Assembly: GCF_006345805.1 (NCBI RefSeq)
Contig: NC_043005.1
Coordinates: 4,402,001-4,466,000 of the forward strand
Source: Octopus sinensis
Taxonomy: Eukaryota
Length of the DNA stretch: 64,000 nucleotides
Direction of reading: 5' to 3'
Shown: positions 12,300 to 26,112 of the stretch, one piece after another
How positions within the stretch are numbered: the first letter of the stretch is position 1
How the letters are laid out: every line of letters starts with the position of its first letter
Notes under the pieces: model-generated
Seen by the model: the letters and a program-made list of their open reading frames with translations, nothing else
What the model was told of the DNA's origin: nothing
Databases searched by the model: none
Made by a program: the position numbers and the translations under genes

Positions 12300-12531
12300 T
12301 GACTGGCTTCCGATTGTGGCCATTGCCAGCCTCCTTTGGCCCCTGTGCCGGTGGCACGTAAAAAGCACCCACTACACTCATGGAGTGGTTGGCATTAGGA
12401 AGGGCATCTAGCTGTAGAAACACTGCCAGATCAGACTGGAGCCTGGTGCAGCCTCCTGGTTTCCCAGACCCCGGTCGAACCGTTCAACCCATGCCAGCAT
12501 GGAAAACGGACATTAAACAATGATGATGATG
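12300..12531 (+). mobile_element. Copy of the (GAT)n-tailed composite repeat
   Basis: Same core and tail as 3747-4240. Confidence 0.8.
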
Positions 12532-12898
12532 AAAATATGTAGATTAAGAATTTTCTTATGAGTTTGAAATGTCTGAGCATTATAGTAAGTAGCTCTTTGG
12601 TAAAGCAAGTTTGGCTGCATCTAACAACACAGTGTGGTCAGATATGATAGTAAAGACATTTACTGGTGTTTATACTATAATGGTGTGTTTTAATATCTGG
12701 AAAAGCATCTCTGAAACCATTGACAATATCTCATTGAAGAAATGATCTTGAAACCAAACCATAATGGAATGGAAGTAAGGTTAAATGGATTATCATTCCT
12801 TGCTACTCTTCTTTGATTCTTGTCTTCTTGAGAGAAGAATGGTTAGAGATATTTAAGTTGTTAGTTTTCAAGCAATCTCTTAATTTCCTCTTCTGCAG

Positions 12899-13054
12899 GA
12901 AGCCGAAAAGCAGCTGGACTCCCATCACCAAGTATTCGAAGTCCATCTCCGGTTATACCAGTTTCTCCAACTACAATTGGTATCAGTCCCATGTCAAGTG
13001 AATCCAGTGGAGTAAGCAGCAGGAAAAGTTCTTCAGATAATTTACTCCTTGATG
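12899..13054 (+). CDS. MACF1: Exon w7, Ser/Pro-rich insert (RSRKAAGLPSPSIRSPSP...SSRKSSSDNLLLD), phase 1/1
   Basis: TTCTGCAG acceptor, G|GTAGGT donor, 156 nt open in the frame set by w6 and continued by w8. Confidence 0.82.
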
Positions 13055-13321
13055 GTAGGTACTTTGCGTCCCACTGGTTCCATTCATTCTTCAGTTTTTA
13101 CACCAGCGACCATATTACCATTCTCATCATTTAATGTCTGCTTTCATGGGGCAGACAGAATTTTTGAGGCAGATTTTCTACAGCTGGATGCTCTTCCTGC
13201 TGCTGAACCTCACCTGTTTCAGAGCAATATTTCCCCATGGTCAGGCATGTTTTTCATGGAAGACTGAAAATGGATGATACTACTTGTATGACAGCAACTT
13301 TATAAAATTTCAAGACAAGGA

Positions 13322-13362
<41 letters not shown>

Positions 13363-13613
13363 CAGGCTTCTTTTAGTTTCTGTCTACCAAATTCTCTCTC
13401 ACAAGGCTTTGGTCAATCCATGGTTATAGTAGAAAAGTGCCAAAGTTCCACACAGTGGGACTGAACTTAAAGCCATGGGGTTGGGAAGTGAGGTTCTTAA
13501 CCACACAGCCGTGCCTATACATATGAAGGGGGGAAAAAGACGAAGAAAACCCCCACCTTCCTTTCGTCTTCATTTTAGAATTGTAACATTTTACTTTTTT
13601 TGTCTCTCATCAG

Positions 13614-13849
13614 ATCTCAGTGATATTCAACAACAACTGTTGGATATTAACCAACGTTATGAAATCCTTGGAGAACGTCTCAGTGAGCGCCATCTGGAGT
13701 TGAACACCACCATGGATAACGTCGAGAGTTTCCACCAAGACATCAAAGATTTACTCAATTGGATCGCTTTGAAAGAAGACAGCCTGAAACAAGACAGAGT
13801 GCTGCCAACAAACGAAGCAGATGCTAAAGAGTCTCTTTCAAACCACGAG
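13614..13849 (+). CDS. MACF1: Exon w8 (DLSDIQQQLLDINQRY...LSNHE), phase 1/0
   Basis: CATCAG acceptor, GAG|GTAGGA donor, 236 nt; in ORF 13475..14083. Confidence 0.92.
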
Positions 13850-14290
13850 GTAGGAATTTACCTGCTCTGTCCGTCTGTCTGTGTGTCAATCAATGCCCGC
13901 TTGTTTGTCTATGGATTTATTTTATTACTTATCATCACAGCATCATCAATTACTTTCCTCTCCCTTCTCTCTCTCAGTTTTCCCTCTCTACTCTTTCTCT
14001 ACTGCTACCTTCCACCCCTCTGCTGCTCCCCCTACTGCCCCTTCTCTCTACACCCCTCTCTTCACACCCTCTCTCTTAATTAGCAAGTATAAACCTACCT
14101 CATTACTGCTATTCAACCTCTCTTATACATCACCTCTTGAGATATTGTCATCAAGCTGCTGTATATAAATCCAAGGAAGACTTTTGTTATTTAATTCTAT
14201 TCAGTTTTCATTGATGACCCCCCCCCCATTAAGAGTCACTTGAACAAATCCATAGCACAAGAATAGGGTAATTCTGTTACGATATTTTAA

Positions 14291-14507
14291 CCCTTTAGCA
14301 TTTAAACCAGACATATCAGGCCCAAATATTCTGCCTGTTCTGCATTCAAACCGGTCAGATCCTACCTCTTACACTTACCCTTCAATGTCATTTTAAAAAT
14401 GAACAATCATATCAAAATTTCAAAGATACAAGATAATGCATGATTAATTCAAAACAATGTGAATAAATAAGCATTATATTTGGCAGAATAATTTGAATGC
14501 TAAAGGG
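14291..14507. mobile_element. piggyBac-like MITE
   Basis: TTAA|CCCTTTAGCATT...AATGCTAAAGGG|TTGA termini; related copies near 17918-18112 and 19784-20018. Confidence 0.7.
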
Positions 14508-14584
14508 TTGAATGGGGAAAAAATATGGATTTTAATCCTCAACTTAATAATTCATTTTAATGAATAATGAAATTATCTTTACAG

Positions 14585-14714
14585 GCATTCCACAAAGAAA
14601 TTCTTGGCAAAGAACATTTGGTTGAAGAAATAAAAAGAAAATCTGACAACTTAATTAAGAGCCATGATTCAGTGGATGGACTGGAATTTATTCAAGAACC
14701 ACTGAACTTGTTAG
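14585..14714 (+). CDS. MACF1: Exon w9 (AFHKEILGKEHL...PLNLL), phase 0/1
   Basis: TTTACAG acceptor, G|GTATGG donor, 130 nt. Confidence 0.9.
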
Positions 14715-15473
14715 GTATGGCAACAATTTTATTTATTTATTATGGGTGTATCGTCATCAGTTAATATTGGCTTCGGATCAGTGGTTTAACAGGATCCTGT
14801 GAACCACAGGACTACCTTGATTTCCAGTGTCTGCTTAGGTACAGTTTCTATGGCTGGATGCCTTCCTAATGCTGACCACTTTACAAATTAGACTGGGTGC
14901 CTTTCTCATGGCACCAGCACTAGTGAGGTCACCCAGTAATATGCAAGACAAAGAAAAGAAAGCCCCTCAACTGAATAGGATTGTAGTAGAAGGGGAGGTG
15001 GTTTTATGACAGAGAGAGACAAGCACAGTTATCTTGCTGTAGAGGAGATATATGGCTGCCCCACATTATATAAAGGTGAGTGAGAGTAACTGGGAAGAAG
15101 ATAAAGATGGTGATGATGATGTGTCGGATGTACTCCCAAGGTACAAGGAGGGGGTTATTAGAGAAAATATGGACTGAAGATGGAGAACTGTGAGTGGATA
15201 AGTTTATAGGAATGTGAGAGGAGAATGATGTAAGAATTGGGGGCAGGGTGTTTCCTTTTCTTACTCTTGCCTTCAATTCCACTTGATGGCTTCCTTCCAG
15301 ACACCTTGATTGGTTGAGATAGCCACAGGTGTCTTGCAATAGAAGAGATACAGGGCTGCCTCACAGATTAAAAAAAATAATCATCTCAATTTCTCTGAGA
15401 TATTCTTCATTTTGATTTTCTTGTATTGTGGGGTTCTTACTTCGTTGTTATGAGTTTTGTTTCTCACTTTTAG

Positions 15474-15673
15474 AAATGAAATGGTCCACATTGAAAACCA
15501 AATCTGAAAATGAACAGAAATTACTAGAAGACATAATTGCTGATCTGCGTGAATTCCGTGAATCTGGCCATCAGTTAGATACATGGTTAGCTCAGAAGGA
15601 AAAGATGGTTGCTGTTCTTGGGCCTTTAGCTATCGATCCTGTTGTTATCCAAAACCAAATTGGACAAGTCAAG
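15474..15673 (+). CDS. MACF1: Exon w10 (EMKWSTLKTKSE...QIGQVK), phase 1/0
   Basis: CTTTTAG acceptor, AAG|GTAATT donor, 200 nt. Confidence 0.92.
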
Positions 15674-16489
15674 GTAATTCATTCACCATTGTTGTAATGA
15701 CTGTAGCTTTAACATTGTCAAAGATTATCTTCCACAGAGTAAGGAGTTAGTTAGGGAGGTGATTTATGTTTTTTAATTCGTCTCATTTTAGCAAACTGTT
15801 CAATTCAATCCAGTTTTTTGTCATTTTTTTTTTTTTATACAACTCAAATAAAAGTGGATTCTTTAACTCTTAAACTTCTGTCACAGATTTCCACAGCTGT
15901 TGCATAAAACCTCAATTCAGATCCTAGAAAACTAAAACCAACCACTCTTCTGTGTGAGAAACAAAGTTTAACCTTGTTTTAGAAAGACCATCTCTTGTCA
16001 AAAAAACTTCCTGTTTGCATCATTTGTGTTTATTTTTTCATGTCTTATCAAGTAAATGTCTCTGGATTTTCCTTTCTTTCGTTTTTGAGCTCAGTGGTGA
16101 TTAATACCGTAAGTGGTGGTTAGATTGGTGATATTAGTCATTAATCATTTATTTGTTGATTAATGATTTAATTAGAAAATCAATACCTAGATATTGATAT
16201 CTGCATTTCATCAGTCTCAAGTTTCTAACAGAACTGAGATTTCTATAATAAAAGCACTTTCGATTTGTCCTGTCTTATGATATACAAATGGAATCATTAG
16301 ATTTACCACATTTTGCAGCATGGTAGCTGCTGCATTGTGGAAGACACACCCTGATTTTAGAAACAAAATTCTTGGAAAAAATGACTGGGCAGTGTTCAGT
16401 GAATGCTAAATGATTGTTTCCCAACAAATCCATTCATTTGGTTCTCATTCTGCTTTGTGGCACTTGAGGTGACAGCAAGACCATTCCAG

Positions 16490-17015
16490 CGCTGAAAGCA
16501 TCCTTGACACCTTGTTCCATTGTTAACCCTCTCTTAAGATTTTTTTGTTATTGTTCTCTGCCACATTTCTTTTGGTCAGCCTAGTCTTCTTTTATCTTGT
16601 GGAACCCATTGCAAAGCGATGATCCTGGCAATTCAGTTCAGTTTATAGCGGCAAACTCGACCCAGCCATTTCCATCTCCTTGCTTCAATAGTTTCTCTTA
16701 TTGGTTTCATATTAGCCTTCGTGACATTTGGTTATTCGAGGTCATATTCAGCTACTAGACCTTCAAAATTTTTCGTAGACATTTATTCTGAAACACCTGC
16801 AATTTCTTTTCAATACTTTTGGTTGTTTCCCAACATTCGCATCCATAGAAGAGGATGGTAAGTCTGTTGCTTTGGTAAGATTGTATTTTGGTGCTCTCGT
16901 TCAGTATTGATGATTTCCATTTTGAGATTAACAGACCGAATGATCGGTTGGCTTTGCTGATTCTTGTATTTATTTCATGAATGCAGTCTCCATCCAATGT
17001 TATTTTGGTGCCGAG
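16490..17015 (-). pseudogene. Degenerate RTE-clade LINE fragment (C-terminal part of ORF2)
   Basis: EINTRISKA...LFYGCECW...KKLQVFQNKCLRKILKV, followed by a frameshifted RRWKWLG motif. Confidence 0.8.
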
Positions 17016-17556
17016 TTAGTTAAAACTGGTGCTTAAAGCAGCAGAGTACTCAGATCCACTCTGAGCGAAATCACCAGACAATGGCTGCCTAGATGGTGGT
17101 TTTTTGCTGGATATTATTATAATATGCAACACCATTCTTTTGGCTTTAACTATCCTTTGGTTATTCAAGCGACACACCATGATGATCAAAGCACACCTGC
17201 TACTACTGACCACCTACTGGTTCCTGGCTATAACTGCAACCACCCACCCAGTGTGTACAGCAAAATGCCACCAGATACTGCTCTTAGAAAAGCATATCAA
17301 CTTCTCAACTAGCATCATGGTAGACACTTGGTTAGTTTCAAGATATTTTATTCAACAAAAAAGTGTTCATCTTCCAAGCTGCAAAATATGGTGTTCTTTT
17401 TTTTTTTTAACTGTAATATATTTCTACCTATGTTAAGCTTTAAAAGCACCAATCACTGTACAAATGGTGGCAGAAATAAGAATGAAATGCTTCTGTCTAA
17501 AAGTCTTTAATATCAAACTAATGTTTTTGTTTTTAATTTCAATTTCATTTGTTTAG

Positions 17557-17889
17557 GTCCTCCAAGAAGAACTGCATGGACAAGAACCAGTTTATGAACA
17601 TTTCATTCAAGCTGGTCACTCAATACTTGACCGATGTGAACCGGCATCAAAAGATGCCCTTGACGTGAGCCAGAGAATGGATATCATTAGCAAAGCATGG
17701 GAACGGTTGCAGACCCGTCTGAAAGACCGACAGAACAGTTTGACATCGATGACTGATTTGAGTTCAAACTTCCAGGATACATTGGGCTCACTTACGCTTT
17801 GGTTAACTGAGTTTAATGATGTTCTCAATGCCTTGACTCCAGTCGTTGCTTGTTCAGACAACCAAAACCAAATGACTAACGAAACAAAG
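17557..17889 (+). CDS. MACF1: Exon w11 (VLQEELHGQEPVY...TNETK), phase 0/0
   Basis: GTTTAG acceptor, AAG|GTAAAC donor, 333 nt = one repeat. Confidence 0.92.
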
Positions 17890-18193
17890 GTAAACAATTT
17901 GCTTGGCTTTATTTGATCCTTTAGCATTGAAACTGGTTGTATCAAACACACATATTCTACCCAGTTTATCTTCAAACTGGCCAGATCTGGCCTCTCTCAC
18001 CTATCTTACAATGTCATGCTAAAAATAAGTCGCATTTCAAAGCTATGAGAGATATGATTAATTCAAAACAATAAACATTACATTTGATGGAGTAATCAGA
18101 ATTCTCAAAGGGTTAAGGGGTTTATGGAAGAAGATAACAAATATGAGGCAACTCAATTACATTTTCATATCTCTCTCTCTCTCTCTCTGTATT

Positions 18194-18249
<56 letters not shown>

Positions 18250-19040
18250 CATGTATGTCTATACGTGTGTGTGTGTGCACATAGATGTATATTCTTCATA
18301 TCCATACCTGTGCCTCATTAAAATATAAACAAGTGTTTGCTTTTTCCATTCAGACCAAACCATTGAAAAAAAAAATCTAATTTAAAGAAATAAACTCAAT
18401 GGTTCTACAGACAAACTGATATTTCTGGTATGAAGCCACTGTGAAGGCATATGGCCTGGTGGTTTGGCTGTTGTACTCACAATCGCAAGGTCGTAGTTTC
18501 AATTCCCAGCTCAGACAGTATATTGTGTTCTTGCATAAAACATTTCATTTCACATTTGCTTCAGTCCACTCAGCTGTAAGGGAGTAACTGTACAATGGAC
18601 TGGCTTCCCATCCGGGAGGGGTGTTGTGATTTCAATTACTTATTTGCCATGAAAACTGAGTAACTGACTCCATGAGTCTGGGCTCAAAACAATATTTACT
18701 TTTACTTACATAAAGCCACCTCTCTCAGTACCTACACTCCCTTCAGTTGAGGGGTCTCAATGACCTCACCAGTGTTAGGAAGGGCATCTAACCAAAGCAG
18801 ACAGTGGAGCTTGGCGCTGTCTTCTGGGTCACCAGCTCTTGTCAAACCGTCCAACCCATACCAGTTTAGAAAATGGATGTTAGACGACTGATGAATCGGT
18901 TAATTTGCTAAATATATTTTAATGAAATTGGTATGGTAGTTCCATACATGAAATAATATTGTTTCTCATGGAATTGATTTTGGTAAATCTAAGAGTTGGA
19001 GAAGTTATTTCTGAAATATGCTTATTGATGGTGTTTTTAG

Positions 19041-19203
19041 ATGCATGAAGACCAACTGAAGCAAAGGAAAGGTGATTTGGAGAAACTGAAGGAGATCAGC
19101 CGTAAACTGGGAGACGCCACAAAAGACATGTCAATAAGAACAGATCTCAAGACTAAACTCTCTGGTGTCGAAAAATTATTTCAAGAAGCTGAAAAGAAAT
19201 TAT
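19041..19203 (+). CDS. MACF1: Exon w12 (MHEDQLKQRKGDL...EAEKKL), phase 0/1
   Basis: TTTTTAG acceptor, T|GTAAGT donor, 163 nt. Confidence 0.9.
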
Positions 19204-20810
19204 GTAAGTTCATTTTTTTTTTCTGTGATAGCATGGATTAGACCAGTGGTTCACTACTGGGATCCATATAAAATTTTGTTGTTAAAACTTATGTGCAATA
19301 AATTGTTTAAACTTCTACAAGTCACGGAATATTTTAGCAATTTTTTAAAAAGTTTCTAATAATCCTATTATATTTTTATAATACTTAATTATAAAAATAT
19401 AATAGGATTTTTTAAGCATCAAAAGGTTATGGGTGTCCAGCAGTAAAACGGGGACTAAAGGGGGAAAAAATGGCTGGAAAACACTGGACTTGAAGAGATT
19501 TTTGGGACAAGAAATTACGTAGGACTGAATATTCATTTGTTCATTTCTTTTCCATCTCTTTTCCATTCTGGCACAGGTTAAAGGAATAGATTTTTGAGGC
19601 ATTGTTTTACAGCCAGGTGCCTTTCCTGTCACTAACTTTACTCATTTTTTTAAGTAAGAAATTTCCTGTATCGCATGTCTTTGAAGGCACAAAGCAAGCG
19701 GACGAGTTGACAGGAGAACTGACAGCAACACTTTTTGTAGCAAACAGCTTTCATAGAATGCACATTGCCACATGTTTACTGTGCCTTTAGCATTTAATCT
19801 GGTCTTATCTGGATCAAATATTTGACCTGTTTTAAGTTCAAACCATCCAGATCCAGCCTATCACACCACCTCTACAATATCATTCTGAAAATATACAATC
19901 ACATCATCATCATCATCATCAATACGTCAGCTACAAGATAATGCAGGATTAATTCAAAATAATGTGATGTGAATAAATAAGCATCACATTTGACAGAAGA
20001 ATCTGAATGCTTATGGGTTGATATTCCATGCATTGAATCTGTTGACATCAACGTAATTTAGGGGTTCAAAACCTGGTTATGGGTTATTGGTCTTCAAAGG
20101 TAGGGTTTCAGGAAATGAAACCCTACCTCTTGAATTACATCAAGCTTATTGGTAGGTAAACTACTTGATTTATTTACACCAGTCTAAGCAATAGGTAAAG
20201 ACTAAAATCTCTATAATGGTTGGTTGGTTGATTTCTCCAGTCATGCTTGACATGGTATAGAGTAACGGAAAGATAGTCAAAGAGGGTGAGTTAACATAAG
20301 AGGGGCAGAAGGATTGTCTTGTAAATTTCTGAAAAATATACATTTTTTAATGAAATTTGTAGAGATAGGTTTCCAGTAGAGTGGATCGTGACTATGTTGA
20401 TAAAATTTAGAAAAATAACATATTTATTGCAAATATACAAAAGCAAAATTTGTTTCATTTAATTTTATCTTAAGGTAATAGATATTTTTCTTTTTATAGA
20501 TTTTTATTCATTTTATCCATTATATAAAAGCACCAAGAAATTTGATGAAATCTGAATTATAATTATTGTATGTATGCCAAATCTCCGGATATTACTCGTG
20601 ATAGTGAAAGTATATTTCCAAACTTTACTGTCATATGATGGGTAACTGTCTAGCAGAAAAATAACTTGAAAGTTGCCATTTTAATTCAACAAACATGAAA
20701 CTGTTCTTAACTTATTTTTGGTTCATTAATTTTACAATTTCTAATGTTATATTTGTTGGTTTTTTTTTTTTAGTTTTTTCATGATTTTTATTTATTTATT
20801 TTTGTATCAG

Positions 20811-20977
20811 TATCTCGAAGAAACAGTCTGGATCTTGCTAACAAAACGAGTCAAAAATTCACAGTTGACTGCCAAGAAGAATTAAATTGGGAAAACGATT
20901 TTGTGGCCAAGTTAGACCTTGTAGAACCATTGTCTGGTAAAATGGACATCCTAAAACAACAACATCATCAGGACCAA
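20811..20977 (+). CDS. MACF1: Exon w13 (LSRRNSLDLANK...QHHQDQ), phase 1/0
   Basis: TATCAG acceptor, CAA|GTGAGT donor, 167 nt. Confidence 0.87.
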
Positions 20978-21386
20978 GTGAGTGCTCATGTCGTTTCTTA
21001 TCTAGAAGAGAGCTATATAATGATGCAGTGGATTATCTTGTAAAAAGTTAGAGGAAGTTGAGATGGCTGAAGAAGAAAATAGTTTTAAATAAGAAATGTT
21101 TTGTATGATGCAGAAGATGGGGAAATGGATGGTGTGAAATCGGAATTAATTTCCAGATCAAATAGCTCAAGATGATCAGTGGAGCAGAGATTGTCAAGAG
21201 AGATAGGAATGAGATGATTAAAGATGTCAAATTAGGTCTCAAAGTGACCATTGAGATATAAAATCATCTTGGTTTGGAATAAGGTACCATATATCTTTGC
21301 CTGTTTGGTGATGGTTTGACCCTTTAAAAAAGAAATCCTCTCAAAAATAGGTTATTTTTGACTCCAGGTATAAAATTGAGCCTTAA

Positions 21387-21598
21387 CCCTTTTGATACCA
21401 ACCCACCTGAGACTGCCCCATGGTTCAATGATACAAACTTCCTGTTTTAAATTTATGTAAATTAAAACCTTTCATTCAAATTTCATGTTAATTTATATTC
21501 TAGACTCTATCTTAATAACGAGTTATTTTACTAAATTCATCATTGTTTTCAAAATTATTTAGAACAAAGAATATTTTGATAGATATATAATGAAAGGG
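21387..21598. mobile_element. piggyBac-like MITE (second family)
   Basis: TTAA|CCCTTTTG...TGAAAGGG|TTCA; body matches the reverse complement of 32621-32842. Confidence 0.65.
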
Positions 21599-21792
21599 TT
21601 CAATACTGTGGTGTACTGCAAGCTGTTAGTCCAAACCTTGCCTTACTAACCACCAACACCCATTTTCTCCTGAAGCAGTTTGATGCACATTATTATAAAT
21701 GATAAAATGTGAAGTATAACAAAAATAGCATTACTTTATGTAATACTGCAGTGTGATTGCACAATAGCAATAAAATGCTCTTTCATCTTGAG

Positions 21793-22265
21793 CAGGGGTC
21801 AGTAAACTTGTTATATCATTGACCCATTCCTGGGATAATTGGTAACTTATTGCACCCCCTCCCCTCATGTAAATTTCTAAAATGTTAAAATGATGAAAAA
21901 ATTTTTTTCATTTAAAAACAATAATTCCTTTGTTCTTTGATGTCATTATCACTTTTTAATGATATTTAGAGATTTATTGAAAATACTCAATTGATAAAGA
22001 ACAACAAAAATTGAGTGATGTTAAATTGATATAATTGAAATATTGAATGTGAAATGTGTGTTGAGTGAATACTGATTAATATTGCATTGATATTTTGATG
22101 GAAATTAGTGAATTTTAACCTTAAATTACCACAGTCTTCCAGATTCACTTGGCTAAAAAGAATTCAGCACCCTTAACGTTTAGAATCATTTCAGGTCTTG
22201 ATTAATCCCCTTGAATAGCCACATAGACACCCAGGGGTCAATGTTGATGACTTTTCCGACCCCTG
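21793..22265. mobile_element. hAT (Charlie-like) MITE
   Basis: TIRs CAGGGGTC...GACCCCTG; flanks ATCTTGAG / ACCTAGAG form a degenerate 8-bp TSD near the NTCTAGAN consensus. Confidence 0.6.
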
Positions 22266-22804
22266 ACCTAGAGACCTCTATAATCATGGTCATATTACAA
22301 TTTGCAAAAGCTGGTTGGATAAATTATCGACAAACGAGCAGTAGGGTACTTTCCATTCGCAAGGCTTCAGCAGGGTTCTTTGTCATTCAGTTGTGTTGAG
22401 AAAAACAGATGTTTTACAATAATAGTTGTGTAGACAAGTAATGATGGTTTAGCAAACTAGCCAGTTGCCAGCATATGGTAGTTTAACATGCCAACCAGTA
22501 GATGTCAGACGAACCAATTACAGGCCTCACAGCAAGCTCTGTTGTTTAATGACAGCTACATGGGGAGGTGCAAGCTCTCTCAAATGACATTATTAGAATC
22601 CTGTTATTAGAAGACTCCCATCATGTCACCAACAATTTAAAAAAAGAAAATATGAAGAAGATATTTAGTGTTTATGGTGCAGCAGAAAGAATAATTTGAG
22701 GCTGGGAGTAAATAAAAATGCTTAGGGTTAAATAAGCCTGCCTGGGGCTAAATGGGCATTAAGATGTAGGTGTTGATGATGAGGGTTTTTTTTTCTTTCT
22801 GCAG

Positions 22805-23137
22805 ATCCTTCAACAGGAAATAGTTCAGCATGAACAATTTGTGCGAGATTTAGTCGACACGGGGAACAAACTGGTCAAAGAACTGCAAAGCAGCGGAAAT
22901 GATCCAGAGAAGCTGTGCCACCAAGTGGAAGAACTGAATACTGGAATGTCTAAGATCAAAGAGAAGGCCGAGGGTCGGCACCAGAGTATTCAGGATAGCA
23001 TGAAACATGGCAAACGGTTCCAAGAACTCCTCAGTAGTTCTTTGTTGACCACAAAATACAATGAGGAAAAGTTAGAGAACATGACCTGTGCCAAGGCTGA
23101 GGCTGACGATGTCATTAAGAAACTAAAGGAAGCCAGG
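22805..23137 (+). CDS. MACF1: Exon w14 (ILQQEIVQHEQFV...LKEAR), phase 0/0
   Basis: TCTGCAG acceptor, AGG|GTAAGT donor, 333 nt. Confidence 0.92.
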
Positions 23138-23524
23138 GTAAGTTGCGTGCATATGTCAGTTTACGTGTGTGTGCGTCCACGTGTGTATGTATGTGTGGTC
23201 ACTTACATATACCAGTGTGTGTGTGTGTATAAGTACTTCTTTTGTCCATGTGTGTGTGTATTCACTTATACCAGTGTGTGTGTGTACACACTTGTGTATG
23301 CATACACTTACATATACCAGTGTGTGTCACATATGCCTCTCTCTCTTTCTCTCCCTTTTTCTCTTCCTTTCTCTCTCTCTCTTTCTCCCCCTTCTCTCTC
23401 TGCACTTATCCCTCTGTGTGTGTATATGCGTGTGCACATGTCTTTTCAATTGTGGGTAAAATATTTATCAAGCAGCTGTTTAAATGTTTAAATATTTATT
23501 CTGATTAATATTGTTTTACTGCAG

Positions 23525-23675
23525 GCTTTACAAAGCGATGTTCTGAAATTGTCATATGACCTCGATGTTCTTAACCGTGAAGCTCAAATTTTCATGCAAT
23601 GTGTGGAAACTGACCAAGATGAAGTTCAAAAAGATGTTGATGAGATTAAACGAAGGTCTACAGCCTTGTCATCCA
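23525..23675 (+). CDS. MACF1: Exon w15 (ALQSDVLKLSYDL...TALSS), phase 0/1
   Basis: ACTGCAG acceptor, A|GTAAGT donor, 151 nt. Confidence 0.88.
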
Positions 23676-24544
23676 GTAAGTTCTTAATTCAGATCTTATA
23701 TATTACCATCGTTGTCATCATTTAACATCCATATTCCATGCTTGTATAAGTCAGACAAAATTTGTTGAGGCAGCTGGGTGTCTTCACCTTGTATTCTCAC
23801 ATTTGTGGGCCCCAACATTTTTTGATCCCCTCTTCCATGTTCAACCCCAACCACAGTCAATCCCCATCAGCAGAAGTGTAGAAGGAATATGTCTGTGTAT
23901 GCCTCAAAGCTACTCTCCATTCACTTGAGGGATCGTGTCTTGCAAATTGGTGATCTCACTACTGCTGGTCCCACGTAAAAAGCACCCAGTAAATTGGTTG
24001 GAATCAGGAAGGGTCTCCTACTACAGGAACCATGCCAAAATAGAGCTTGGTGCAATCTTCTGACTTCTCAAACCGTTTAACCCATACCAACATGGGAAAC
24101 AAACAGTATATGATAATGAATGAATTAATTAATAATTAGCATCACTGTTGTCTCTTCATGTAAACCAGAATATCAAGAACCCATCACTTTAGTAAAAGAA
24201 AACATTAAAAGTTCCTGAAGCTTTTTCCACCAGTTGTAAACATTTAATATTTGGGTGTTGTTGTATGAAAGAAACCTGGCAGGGTTCTAGAATTCTCCAA
24301 ACTTTGTGAATTTTAAGTTATTGTTAATTCTCCAGTATTCATTATTTTAATTGCCTTAATTAATGCTGGTGGATTTTTACATCATGGAAGTAAGATTATG
24401 CAAATTTAAATATTTGCATCGAATGCTAGAACAAGAAAATCAACTGCCATCTTAACTATTTTCATTTGTGTTTATATTGAAGCCATTTTTCAAACCTGAA
24501 ATCCTTAAAATTCAAACTGTTTTTTTTTTTTTTTAACTAAACAG

Positions 24545-24714
24545 CCATGGACAAGAAAGTTGAAAATCTTGAAGATGTATCACAGCGCCTGACAGAATTC
24601 AATGAGGTCATCGATGATGTTGAAAATACTCTGGGAAAAATCAACACCAAACTGGAAGATCACTATTCTGCTAATAACGCCAGTAAAGACCCACAACATA
24701 TTGAAAAGATCCAA
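24545..24714 (+). CDS. MACF1: Exon w16 (TMDKKVENLEDV...IEKIQ), phase 1/0
   Basis: Poly-T tract + AAACAG acceptor, CAA|GTAAGA donor, 170 nt. Confidence 0.9.
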
Positions 24715-25009
24715 GTAAGAGTTCTTTCAATCATTTTTATCAGTTTTGTTTTCTGATCCCAATTAGGTCATTCGATTTTGGGTGTATATTCTTGGTGTTC
24801 CTGCTTGGTACACAAACATATGTCCAGAACCAAATGTATGCACTCCCGTGTATAGGTTTATACGTATATCCTTTCAGTTCATTTATGGGAAATGTTTTGA
24901 ATATGCGCCTAAAAGCTGCTATCTTACTCTGCCTAATGATGCCAATGGGTGACAACCAGTTGTTTGGGGGTTTGGGCACTGAGCTGTGCTGATAGAAAGT
25001 AGGGTAAAT

Positions 25010-25040
<31 letters not shown>

Positions 25041-25147
25041 TAGTAGTAGTAATCCATGGATGGAATCTATAAGTATTTTAATGCATCGCTACACGTGTTT
25101 CCACAAATCATGTTTCTTAAGATCATCTTCCGTATTTGTGGGATGAC

Positions 25148-25440
25148 TTCAGGCTGGAGCAGTTTGAATGGGAAATGAGGCCCCATCCACCATATTCGCT
25201 GGATATTGCCCCATCTGATTATCATTTATTCCACAGTCTTCAAAATCATTTCGTCAGAAAAAATATGAATTCTCTAGATGAGGTCAGAATTTTGGAAGAG
25301 GAGCCTTGCAAGTCTACCAGATAGATGGAAGAGCATTGTAGAAAATGAAGGAGAGTATATTATTAGATTAAAAAAGGAAATCTTAATTTTGAAAAATAAA
25401 AGAAGTATAAAAACTGCATTATTTATGGGATGACCCAATG
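25148..25440 (+). pseudogene. Mariner transposase C-terminal fragment with right terminus
   Basis: WEMRPHPPYSLDIAPSDYHLFHSLQNHF matches the mariner HPPYSPDLAPSDYHLF motif; then RWKSIVENEGEY and an ...ATGACCCAAT end. Confidence 0.85.
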
Positions 25441-25716
25441 TGTGTGTGCCTGTGGGTGTATATAGCTGGTAGTTTATAAAGCATATGGTACACACCTGGT
25501 AGTTTGCTGGCAGAGCACATTCACTGCCTATGGCTACCTGATGTCATTTGCAGTATTATTATTAAAAGCCACTGGATCTAGCTCAGGAATTCCTCAGTGC
25601 TCGTCAGGTATGTAATTAATGATGCCAGATGGGTCAAAACGATTGTAGTGATCAATAAAGATTCTCGTATATTTCATCATCCATCTCTCTCATTGATTAT
25701 ATATATATGTGTGTGT

Positions 25717-25768
<52 letters not shown>

Positions 25769-26112
25769 AAAGGTACTCGATAGCAGTTTTGCTAGAAAAG
25801 GGAGTCAAAAGCAACTCAATTAGCCACAAGCACTGAAGTTAACAAGCTGATGAAATCAAGAGAGCGAGAAAAATAGCCAACACACCAAAGCAAGGGACAA
25901 TCGCAAATGATATATCACATGATTCTGAACTCTGAGGTCTTAGTCCTCCTCACTGGGTCTTGTTGCTTGGGGTTAAATGGTGACTCACCTTATACAAGCT
26001 TATTCACATTCACTCTAGCACCTTATGTGAAATAAGTACTTGTTGTTGTTGCTTTTAGAACAGATAATTTTGTATATATACATCAATATTATAATCTATT
26101 GCTGTTTTTCAG

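Noticed and set aside
18124-18328. ORFs with YIYI, CVCV, THTH or SLSL runs (many across the window)
   Set aside because: Translations of dinucleotide microsatellites.
19244-19486. Possible hAT MITE (CAGTGGTTC...GAAAACACTG)
   Set aside because: TIRs are short and no clear TSD is visible, so it is not listed as a feature.
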